41,558 nt of DNA from Solirubrobacterales bacterium (lineage in GTDB: Bacteria; Actinomycetota; Thermoleophilia; Solirubrobacterales; 70-9): the NCBI GenBank assembly GCA_051954315.1, contig JBQCHW010000070.1, forward strand, positions 1 to 41,558. Direction: 5' to 3'. The position numbers were made by a program, and so were the translations under genes. Below the pieces are notes generated by a model, which had not been told where the DNA came from, did no database searches, and saw only the letters and a program-made list of their open reading frames with translations. Shown one piece after another: positions 27,327-34,897 of this stretch; positions within the stretch are counted from its first letter, which is position 1; each line of letters opens with the position of its first letter.

Positions 27327-27596
27327 GTGATAACTCATACTCCACCACCTGCTGTAAAGTCGGTAAACGTGACGAATGGAGTTGGGCTCAAGGCAGCAGC
27401 GCGCGCTGAGATGATCAGGCGGCTTTCCGTCGCCGGTCAATCGGTTGCCGCAGGGGAGTCGACCCTGTTTCACGCCAAGCTTGAGCGGGACCGCGAGATC
27501 AAGAAGGCAAGTGAACTTGGGCTCAGTCGCCGTGAAGTCGCTCAGGCAGTTGGACTTACCGCGGCGGGCATTCAGCAGATCCTTTCCCGGACCTAG
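27327..27596 (+). CDS. Small protein with C-terminal helix-turn-helix (possible controller/regulator)
   Basis: C-terminal LGLSRREVAQAVGLTAAGIQQILSRT looks like an HTH. The stop lies 6 nt before the methyltransferase ATG. The start codon is uncertain (GTG 27327, GTG 27366 or ATG 27411) and there is no clear SD. Confidence 0.45.
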   Translation: MITHTPPPAVKSVNVTNGVGLKAAARAEMIRRLSVAGQSVAAGESTLFHAKLERDREIKKASELGLSRREVAQAVGLTAAGIQQILSRT

Positions 27597-27602
27597 CTCG
27601 GG

Positions 27603-28988
27603 ATGCCACAAGCGAAGAAGCGTTCGGGCCGACAACCCGGCTCAAGTCCCGAGCCAGTGGCGATGATCCGGGTCTCCGATCTTCCTCGCCAGCGGCGCTT
27701 CAAATTCGATCCCGAGAGCATGGGTCGATTGACGCACCACCTTTTCCGTTTCCCGGCGAAGTTTCACCCGCCGGTTGTCAGACAGCTGATTCAGGACTAC
27801 ACGGAGGAAGGAGAGACGATCCTCGATCCGTTCTGTGGTAGTGGCACGCTGCTGGTGGAGGCTTCGGTCCTCGGGCGCAACTCCATCGGTATTGACGTCG
27901 ACCCGCTGAGCGTCTTCGTCACCAACGTCAAGGTTCATGCGCTGCGCCAAAGCAGTATCGAAGAAACGACAGAAGGGCTGGCCGAGATCCTCGACGAGCT
28001 ACAGCGAACTCCTCAGGAACTCGCGAGCTTCAAGACCTCCGACCTAAATCCGCACGAGTATGAGGCTGAGCTGGACGGTGCATGGGTTCCGGAAATCCCC
28101 AAGCTCCATCACTGGTTCTACCGCTATGCCATCGTCGACCTAGCCCGCCTGCTTGAGGCCATCGACAAAATCGACGCACCTCAGACGCACCGCGACTTCC
28201 TCCGCCTCATTTTCGCCGCTACCGTTCGAGGGGCGTCGCGGGCTGACCCTGTACCTGTCTCAGGGGTTGAGGTGACCAGAGTCATGCTTGAAAAGGAGCG
28301 GAAAGGGAGATCGGTTGATGTAATTCAAATCTTCCGAAAAAGACTGCGATGCGCCGTTGAGGAGATGGGCACCTACCGAGATGCGCGGGTCGCGAGCGCA
28401 AATGCTCGCGCCTATCGAGCCGACATTGCCTCTCTGCGGACGAATCTGGCACCTCAAGTTGATGTTGTAATTACCTCTCCGCCCTATCACGGCGCGGTCG
28501 ACTACTACCGTCGCCACCAACTCGAGATGTTCTGGCTTGGTATGACTAAGGATCAAACCGACCGCCTTAGGCTGCTCGAGCACTATCTCGGCCGCCCGCG
28601 GGTGCCGGAAAGGCACCGCTATGTGGCGGGAGAGAGTTTGGAGTTAGCAAAGACCCAGAGTGTCGAGGCGATGATGCGGAAGGTCTCCCCAGAGCGAGCT
28701 AACGCTTTTAAGCACTACTCAATTGGGATGTCTCGAGCCTTTCAGAACATTGCACGGCGAATGGATGAGGGAGCGTGCTGCATCCTTGTCGTCGGCCACA
28801 GCAGTTGGAACGGAGGTTCAATTAACACGTCTCAGTTGATGGCCGAACTAGCCCAGCCGCATTTCAAACTTGGAGAACGTCTCTATTACCCGGTGAAGAA
28901 TCGGTATATGTCATATGAGCGTCACAATGGGGCCAGTATCGACCAAGAGCACGTGCTGATTTTTGAGCGAACGGCGATGGAGGCTTAG
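27603..28988 (+). CDS. DNA methyltransferase (N6-adenine or N4-cytosine), motif I upstream of motif IV
   Basis: AdoMet motif I ILDPFCGSGTLLVEA (F77-G81, nt ~27831) preceded by FPAKFHPPVVRQLI. Catalytic motif IV ITSPPYHG (S292-Y295, nt 28476-28487). C-terminus EHVLIFER. Confidence 0.85.
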   Translation: MPQAKKRSGRQPGSSPEPVAMIRVSDLPRQRRFKFDPESMGRLTHHLFRFPAKFHPPVVRQLIQDYTEEGETILDPFCGSGTLLVEASVLGRNSIGIDVDPLSVFVTNVKVHALRQSSIEETTEGLAEILDELQRTPQELASFKTSDLNPHEYEAELDGAWVPEIPKLHHWFYRYAIVDLARLLEAIDKIDAPQTHRDFLRLIFAATVRGASRADPVPVSGVEVTRVMLEKERKGRSVDVIQIFRKRLRCAVEEMGTYRDARVASANARAYRADIASLRTNLAPQVDVVITSPPYHGAVDYYRRHQLEMFWLGMTKDQTDRLRLLEHYLGRPRVPERHRYVAGESLELAKTQSVEAMMRKVSPERANAFKHYSIGMSRAFQNIARRMDEGACCILVVGHSSWNGGSINTSQLMAELAQPHFKLGERLYYPVKNRYMSYERHNGASIDQEHVLIFERTAMEA

Positions 28989-29022
28989 CCGACGTGCATA
29001 ATGCGACTCGCGAGGACCGCTG

Positions 29023-31644
29023 ATGACCGACGATTCCACAGACGACCTCAAGCCTGCGAATTCTCCCCAGGTGACGGGTGAGGGCTCCGAGGAGAACGGG
29101 GATTCAACCGAGGGCACGCTCGCAGCGGCCCTGGATGCAGACGGCGAGTTTCAGGAGAATCTCACGGTTGAGATCGCCTATGAGGTAATACAACTGCTTT
29201 CTGAGCAGCTGTACTCATCGCCTCTAAAGGCGATCGAGGAGCTGGTGGTCAACTCGTGGGATGCCGACGCGTCTGAGTGTCGGGTCTTCGTTCCCACTCC
29301 CGATGTTCTTGCAGATATTGCGCCGACCACGGCCATCGCTGTGCTGGACAACGGCCACGGAATGACGGTGGACGACCTGCGGAATCTTTGGCACGTAGGA
29401 CTTTCAAGTAAGAGGGATGCAGGATGGGAGCAACGTGCCAACCGGACTCAGATAGGGAAGTTTGGAATTGGCAAGCTCGCGAGCTACGCGATTGCCCGTC
29501 GGGTTACCTACTTGACCAAGGTGCAAGGCGAGCCAGTCCGAGGCGTCACTATCGATTTCGAGCAGTTCCGAACGGCCGAGAATGGGGATGGCGATGTTGA
29601 GTCGGTAACCCTACGAATGATGCGGTTTGATGAGCCGGATCGACTTCTGGAGGAGCCACAGGTGGCATCTCTCTTGGAGGGCCTCGATGTCGGAGGGGAC
29701 ATACTGAGTGAGAGTGGGTGGGAGCACTGGACGCTTGTTGTTCTTGAGTCTTTGAAGCCGAAGGCCGCCGATGTAACGGAAGGGCGGCTCCGTTGGGTTC
29801 TGTCCACCGCAATGCCAGCAGCGTCAGATTTCAATCTGTATCTCAATAAGACCAATGTCGCTAGTTCAAAGCTGACCGGTGATTTTCCGGTTGATTTTAC
29901 GATCACGGAGGTCAACCCTGAGCGGCTCAAATCCTTGAAGAAGGCGACGGGAGTTGAGTGGACTGTAGACGGTGACCGTCTCGTGTCAGACTCATTCCCC
30001 GTCGGGGTGCGCGGTCGGATTCGGGTGGCGGAGCGGTCACTCTATGCGGCCAGTGGTAAGAGCGAGGACCTTGGACGCAGCCATGGGTTCTTTGTTCGGG
30101 TCCGCGGTCGCCTAGTCAACGAGACTGATCCTCTATTTGGCGCGAAGCCAGTGTCGTTCACGACCTTTTACAACTTGCTGGCAGAGGTCGATGCGGATGA
30201 TCTAGACAGCTTCATCACCGCTCCTCGGGACGACGTGGTGCAGGCGACTGAGAAGGAGCACTTCAGGTCTCTGCTGTTGGAGTTATTCAATGAGGCACGC
30301 ACTCGTCACGAGGCACATCTCGATGAGAAGGACAAGGAGGACCAGAAGCGCGAGGAGTCGCGGATATATGTCAATCCGCAGCTTGTAGAGCGGCCAGTGG
30401 CCGATGTCTTGGTTAACGAAGCAGGCGGCTCTGAGGCCAAAGACTGGCTCCTACTTGACCCCGGGGAGGACGATGAGGCACTGCAGCGCCTCATCGAGAG
30501 CCTCTATGAGGAGAGCCCGGAGCGACGCCGGTACACCTACAAGTACACGGGTTCTGGCAATCAGCAGGCGATTGCGCGATTCGATGCAGATCAGGGGATT
30601 TTCTGGGTCAACGAGGACCACGATCTCGTCATCGCAAATCAGGACGATCCAGAGGCGCGACGACTATTGGAGGTCGTGATCACTGCCGAGGCGATGCTTG
30701 AGGTTTATCTTCGCGAGGCGGCCATTGATCCGCGTGTGGTCGAGTTTGTCCTCACCCGACGCGACCAATTGCTTCGGAGTCTGGCGCGGGATGAGCTTTA
30801 TTCGCTCAAAGCAATCGCAGCGTCAATCCGAAGCGCCCGCGACTCAGCAAACGAGCTCGAGATTGCTGTTGTCGGCGCGTTGCGGTCTCTTGGCTTCGTA
30901 GCCAAGCACGTTTCGGGCTCCGGGACTCCCGATGGAGAGGCGTGGTACGAGGTATATGGCCCGGAGCAAAAGACGTTCACGCTAGAGGCGAAGTCATCCA
31001 AGGATGTTCCCTCGCTGGGAAATCTCGACTTCGGCGGTCTTCGCCAGCATTACGAGGACAAAAGGGATGAGGGGGCGGAGGGCTGCCTCCTTGTTGCTCC
31101 AGCCTATCCGGGGCAAAATGAGCCAGAGGAAGGTCAGGTCGGCAAACGCGCTACGACCCAGAGCGTCTCGTGCTGGACGATTGACAGCCTCTCGGCGGTC
31201 GTTGAGGCTGCCGAGGTCCGTCATATCACTGCCGAGGAGATACAAAAGATCGTTCTCACGAAGTTCAAGCCGGGTGAGGTCAAAGAGGCCGTCGACCTGC
31301 TGCTCAATGACCCGGGTTGGTCGCGTCGCTCGCTCTACATGGCAATCCTCGACAGCTTGGAGGCTCTCAAAGGCCACATGCCGAATAGCCCACGAACCGT
31401 CGACATGCTTGCCGCCCAGATAGCGATGAAGTCGGATTTTGCCGGTATCGAGCGAGACGACATTCTCGACGCCGCCGAGCAGATGGCCCAAGCCAGCAAG
31501 GGAATGCTGCACGTGACGCGGACCGATGGGACGATTCGAGTCCCCGGATCGCTTGATGAGTTACGCCGGCGCTTGAAGGGCATGACTGGCGACCACGGTG
31601 AGCCACGCCGCCGAGGCACGTTTCGTGATCGCTCGGACTCGTAG
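29023..31644 (+). CDS. GHKL (Bergerat-fold, MORC/MutL-like) ATPase fused to a C-terminal PD-(D/E)xK nuclease-like module
   Basis: N-box EELVVNSWDAD (aa 72-82), G1 DNGHGM (109-114), G2 GKFGIGKLA (145-153). C-terminal Mrr-like pattern ELEIAVVGALRSLGF...TPD637GEAW...FTLE655AK657SS. Confidence 0.8.
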   Translation: MTDDSTDDLKPANSPQVTGEGSEENGDSTEGTLAAALDADGEFQENLTVEIAYEVIQLLSEQLYSSPLKAIEELVVNSWDADASECRVFVPTPDVLADIAPTTAIAVLDNGHGMTVDDLRNLWHVGLSSKRDAGWEQRANRTQIGKFGIGKLASYAIARRVTYLTKVQGEPVRGVTIDFEQFRTAENGDGDVESVTLRMMRFDEPDRLLEEPQVASLLEGLDVGGDILSESGWEHWTLVVLESLKPKAADVTEGRLRWVLSTAMPAASDFNLYLNKTNVASSKLTGDFPVDFTITEVNPERLKSLKKATGVEWTVDGDRLVSDSFPVGVRGRIRVAERSLYAASGKSEDLGRSHGFFVRVRGRLVNETDPLFGAKPVSFTTFYNLLAEVDADDLDSFITAPRDDVVQATEKEHFRSLLLELFNEARTRHEAHLDEKDKEDQKREESRIYVNPQLVERPVADVLVNEAGGSEAKDWLLLDPGEDDEALQRLIESLYEESPERRRYTYKYTGSGNQQAIARFDADQGIFWVNEDHDLVIANQDDPEARRLLEVVITAEAMLEVYLREAAIDPRVVEFVLTRRDQLLRSLARDELYSLKAIAASIRSARDSANELEIAVVGALRSLGFVAKHVSGSGTPDGEAWYEVYGPEQKTFTLEAKSSKDVPSLGNLDFGGLRQHYEDKRDEGAEGCLLVAPAYPGQNEPEEGQVGKRATTQSVSCWTIDSLSAVVEAAEVRHITAEEIQKIVLTKFKPGEVKEAVDLLLNDPGWSRRSLYMAILDSLEALKGHMPNSPRTVDMLAAQIAMKSDFAGIERDDILDAAEQMAQASKGMLHVTRTDGTIRVPGSLDELRRRLKGMTGDHGEPRRRGTFRDRSDS

Positions 31645-31710
31645 CTTCTCAACTTGAGGCTACAGTCGGCTATTCGGCCGTTCACTAGCTCCGCTCCCAT
31701 CGTATCCCTG

Positions 31711-31738
31711 CCATTTCGGGCACTAGTGCCCGAAATGG
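31711..31738. terminator. 28-nt perfect palindrome downstream of the GHKL gene (terminator or binding site)
   Basis: ccatttcgggcactagtgcccgaaatgg is its own reverse complement. It lies 67 nt after the stop at 31644. No T-tract follows. Confidence 0.45.
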
Positions 31739-31807
31739 GGCGCCGATTCAGCTGCGGTTGGAATGATCTCCAGTGAGCGGACGCCCACGTGCAGGGACTT
31801 CCTTCGA

Positions 31808-31880
31808 TGGAGCTAGGCGGATTCGAACCGCCGACCTCCTGGGTGCGATCCAGGCGCTCTGCCAGCTGAGCTATAGCCCC
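31808..31880 (-). tRNA. tRNA-Ala (anticodon CGC)
   Basis: A 73-nt cloverleaf read by hand: acceptor GGGGCUA/UAGCUCC with G3:U70, D arm GCUC/GAGC, anticodon stem CCUGG/CCAGG with loop AUCGCAC, T arm GGCGG-UUCGAAU-CCGCC, discriminator A. CCA is not encoded. Confidence 0.9.
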
Positions 31881-31966
31881 GGGGCTTGGCGGATGGGAAG
31901 TTGCTCCCATTGCCGCGCAAGCGACAGGATAACCCCATAGTCTTTGGGAGCCTCCTGAGGGACAGC

Positions 31967-32908
31967 ATGAGCATCCTCGACGACGCCATTCGAGAGCACC
32001 TGGAACTGAAGCGCGCCCATGGCGCGGATGAGGCCGAGCTGAAACGGCTCGAGGACGAGGCCTTTGGGCCGCCCGGGCGGCCGGAGGAGCCCGATCCCTT
32101 CGCCGAGGCGCCGACGGAGTTCATGGCGACCCCAGATGTGCCGGGGGAGGCGGGGCCGGCGGAGTCGAGCGGCGGGCGGCGGATCAACATCGCCGACCTG
32201 CAGGAGCCGCCCCCGCCAGAGCGCGTCGAGGAGCGCGAGCAGCCGCGGGTGGAGGCGACGGATGCGATCGAGCCGGAGGCCGAGGCCGCACCGCTCGCCC
32301 CGGCCGAGGACGCGGGCCAGGCGGCGCCGCCGGCGGAGGAGGACCTGCCCCTCGCCGAGGAATCGCCGGCGATGGAGCACGAGATCGTCGTCGAGCCAGC
32401 CGAGGACCTCGCCCCGGAGCCCGCCGCCGAGGCCGCGCCAGGCGAGGAGACCCAGGAGCGCCACGCGATCGCCGAACAGCCGACCGAACTCTTCGACATC
32501 GAGGCCGAGATGGGGACCGAAGACGCCCCCGCCGAGCCCGCGGCTGAGATCCAGGCCTCCCGCACCGAGCCCCTCGCCGACGACGAGGACGAAGAGGACG
32601 AGGAGTTCTGGAGCGAGCAGCGCCTCTCCGACGAGCTCGATCAGGCCCTGGAGGCCCCGCCGCTCACCGACGAGCACGAGGTGGCGCCCCGCACCGACGT
32701 CCACGAGATCCCCGCGCCGGTCGCCGACCCCTCGGCCCCCGTCCAGGAGGACGAGGACGAGGAGGACGACGCAGCCCGCCCGGACTACGACCCGGACACC
32801 GGCCACGAGGACGTCCTCGAGGACACTCCTGACTTCCTCGAGGACGCCCCCGAGGACGACGAGCTCTGGTTCGAGCAGAAGCCCCCGAAGGACTTCGACC
32901 TCGACTGA
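31967..32908 (+). CDS. Highly acidic Asp/Glu/Pro/Ala-rich protein (313 aa), probably disordered
   Basis: ATG 31967 is preferred over the listed 31886, which abuts the tRNA. Short helical N-terminus MSILDDAIREHLELKRAHGADEAELKRLEDEAFG, then a low-complexity acidic body. GC3 is high. Confidence 0.65.
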   Translation: MSILDDAIREHLELKRAHGADEAELKRLEDEAFGPPGRPEEPDPFAEAPTEFMATPDVPGEAGPAESSGGRRINIADLQEPPPPERVEEREQPRVEATDAIEPEAEAAPLAPAEDAGQAAPPAEEDLPLAEESPAMEHEIVVEPAEDLAPEPAAEAAPGEETQERHAIAEQPTELFDIEAEMGTEDAPAEPAAEIQASRTEPLADDEDEEDEEFWSEQRLSDELDQALEAPPLTDEHEVAPRTDVHEIPAPVADPSAPVQEDEDEEDDAARPDYDPDTGHEDVLEDTPDFLEDAPEDDELWFEQKPPKDFDLD

Positions 32909-32911
32909 GAA

Positions 32912-32935
32912 GGGCCGCCCCCTCAGGAGCGGCCC
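32912..32935. terminator. Hairpin between convergent genes
   Basis: 7-bp stem gggccgc / gcggccc with a 10-nt loop. Confidence 0.35.
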
Positions 32936-32960
32936 CAGTTCCTCGGCTACGTAGCCTCAG

Positions 32961-33641
32961 CTACGAGATGTACATCGGCGTGACGCCCGCTTCGTCTACC
33001 TCCAGTGTGTAGGACGCTTCGAGCCTGGCGGCCGAAGGACAGAGGACCCCGCCTTCCTCCTTGATGAGTTCGGTATTGACGCCTGCAGGCATCGTCAATA
33101 CGGCATCGCTCCCCGCGGTATCTGTGCTGAAGGTGCCTTTGAAGGCACCGGTCCGGTTGTACTTGCAGCTCCCAACCGTTGTGCTGTCGACGACAACTGT
33201 GATGCTGCGCGCCACCTGGGCGCAACTGTTGCCGCGGATCGTAAATTCATCTGACCCACTAACAGACTGGAGGCACCAGGGCACGCCGTTCCCGACGTTG
33301 AATGTGGGCGTGAAGTTGCCGAAGCTTCCTGTGCACTCGTTCGACCCGTTGAAGACCGCGCCGGTGCCTCCGGACGCCACCGTGGTGATGTTCGCTTCGA
33401 CTTCGGTGCCGTTGTTCTTGATCACTTCCGCTGTCATCGTTGTGCTGGTGCATTCGGTCAGCGTGTTACCGCTGGCGTCCTTGAGCTTGCTGTTGCCGAC
33501 GTTTGTCACTTTCACTTTCGTACCCACGGCCACCCGCGTTCCTGTCGGGCTTGTGAGTTGAGCCGCGGAGGCACTCCCTGCCAAGGCGAGGATCGCGAAC
33601 GCAGCCACGGCCATTGAGGTCGTCAAGACCCTTCTATTCAT
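32961..33641 (-). CDS. Small secreted Cys-containing Thr/Gly-rich protein, family member P3
   Basis: Signal peptide ends GSASA. Six Cys. Closest to P4 (LTSPTGTR, ECTS.TMT, NNG.EVE, NECT, GNG.PWCL, IRGNSCA, STT.G.CKY, EEGG.LCP, P.YIS). Confidence 0.85.
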   Translation of the reverse strand: MNRRVLTTSMAVAAFAILALAGSASAAQLTSPTGTRVAVGTKVKVTNVGNSKLKDASGNTLTECTSTTMTAEVIKNNGTEVEANITTVASGGTGAVFNGSNECTGSFGNFTPTFNVGNGVPWCLQSVSGSDEFTIRGNSCAQVARSITVVVDSTTVGSCKYNRTGAFKGTFSTDTAGSDAVLTMPAGVNTELIKEEGGVLCPSAARLEASYTLEVDEAGVTPMYIS

Positions 33642-33716
33642 GAGACTTCCTTTCTTGATGCCTGGCAGTCGCCAGGCGTTGATCGATCTCTCAGAGACGC
33701 TTGCCTGCAGACGCGC
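33642..33716 (-). promoter_or_regulatory. Conserved 5' leader of P3 with hairpin 33660-33677
   Basis: ~75 nt upstream of the ATG align with the P4 leader (36195-36274). Hairpin gcctggc-gact-gccaggc ends ~8 nt before the SD aaggaag. Confidence 0.55.
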
Positions 33717-33750
33717 ATCCGCGAGAGCTGCCCCAGTGCGGGGCAGCGCG

Positions 33751-33780
33751 ATTAGAACCGGATTGGACGACCAGGGTCAA
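33751..33780 (-). promoter_or_regulatory. Candidate sigma-70-type promoter for P3
   Basis: On the minus strand: TTGACC (33780-33775), 18-nt spacer, TCTAAT (33756-33751). Confidence 0.3.
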
Positions 33781-33811
33781 GAACACCGGGGTTCGCCAAG
33801 GCGAAGAGAAG

Positions 33812-33884
33812 TGGAGCCAGCCGGGTTCGAACCGGCGACCTCCTGCTTGCAAAGCAGGCGCTCTTCCAGCTGAGCTATGGCCCC
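33812..33884 (-). tRNA. tRNA-Ala (anticodon UGC)
   Basis: A 73-nt cloverleaf: acceptor GGGGCCA/UGGCUCC with G3:U70, anticodon stem CCUGC/GCAGG with loop UUUGCAA, T arm GCCGG-UUCGAAC-CCGGC. It lies 26 nt downstream of lipA. Confidence 0.9.
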
Positions 33885-33910
33885 GCTCCGGGGATTGTAG
33901 GCCGCTTCGA

Positions 33911-34882
33911 CTAAGCGATCAGCTGCTCGGCGCGATGCGACTCCGGCAGGTTCTGGTCGGCGTGGTAGCTCGACCGCACCAGCGGGCCGGCGGCGACGGA
34001 CTCGAAGCCGAGGTCGTAGGCGGCTTGCTCGAGGGCGGCGAACTCGTCGGGGTGCCAGTAGCGGACGACCGGCAGGTGGTTCTCGGTGGGGCGCAGGTAC
34101 TGGCCGACGGTGAGGACTTGGACGTGGTGCTCGCGCAGGAGGCCGAAGGTCTCGACCATCTCCTCGAAGGACTCGCCGAGGCCGACCATCAGCCCCGACT
34201 TGGTGACGACGTCGGCGCCGCCCATCTCCTTCGCCATCTTCAGGACGCGGGCGGAGCGGAGGAACTGGGAGCCGCGGCGGGCGACGGGGTAGAGGCGTGG
34301 CACCGTCTCGACGTTGTGGTTGAAGACGTCGGGCCGCTCGTGGACGACCTTCGCCAGCGGCATCTCCTGGCCGCGGAAATCGGGGGTGAGGATCTCGACC
34401 TTGCACTCGGGCGCCAGCATCCGGATCGAGCGGATGACGCCGACGAAGGCGCTCGCCCCGTAGTCGGGCAGGTCGTCGCGGTCGACCGAGGTGACGACGG
34501 CGTGGCGCAGCCCCATCGCCTTCACCTGGTTGGCGACGCGCAGCGGCTCGAGCGGGTCGTTCCAGCTCGGCTTGCCGGTCTGCACGTTGCAGAAGCCGCA
34601 GCGGCGGGTGCAGACGTCGCCCAAGATCATGAAGGTCGCAGTGCCGCGCTCCCAGCACTCGCCGACGTTCGGGCAGTTGGCCTCCTCGCAGACGGTGTGG
34701 AGGTTGTCGGAGCCGATCTTCTCCTTCAGCCGCCGGTAGTTCGGCCCTCCCGGCGCGGGCACCTTCAGCCACGGCGGCTTGCGGGCGCGGCGGAAGGGGA
34801 CGGTGCCCTCGGCCTCTGCGGCGGTGCCGCCCGGCTTGGCCCGGGAGCGGGTGACGTGGATGCGCTCGGCGGTCTCGCTCAT
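33911..34882 (-). CDS. lipA: Lipoyl synthase
   Basis: Both Fe-S cluster motifs are present: CEEANCPNVGEC and radical-SAM CTRRCGFC. Confidence 0.93.
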   Translation of the reverse strand: MSETAERIHVTRSRAKPGGTAAEAEGTVPFRRARKPPWLKVPAPGGPNYRRLKEKIGSDNLHTVCEEANCPNVGECWERGTATFMILGDVCTRRCGFCNVQTGKPSWNDPLEPLRVANQVKAMGLRHAVVTSVDRDDLPDYGASAFVGVIRSIRMLAPECKVEILTPDFRGQEMPLAKVVHERPDVFNHNVETVPRLYPVARRGSQFLRSARVLKMAKEMGGADVVTKSGLMVGLGESFEEMVETFGLLREHHVQVLTVGQYLRPTENHLPVVRYWHPDEFAALEQAAYDLGFESVAAGPLVRSSYHADQNLPESHRAEQLIA

Positions 34883-34897
34883 CGGCTCGAACTGAGC

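Larger units (their letters stand above)
27054..31807. other. Lower-GC genomic islet abutting the 3' end of tRNA-Ala(CGC)
   Basis: A visible drop in GC relative to both flanks. Contains three co-directional accessory genes. No integrase or transposase ORF. Confidence 0.55.

Noticed and set aside
31335-31910. 191-aa minus-strand ORF spanning the tRNA-Ala(CGC) gene, and similarly 33777-34772(-) running through tRNA-Ala(UGC).
   Set aside because: The translations contain the tell-tale tRNA-derived peptide (AIAQLAERL...EVGGSNP). They are artefacts of reading through tRNA genes.
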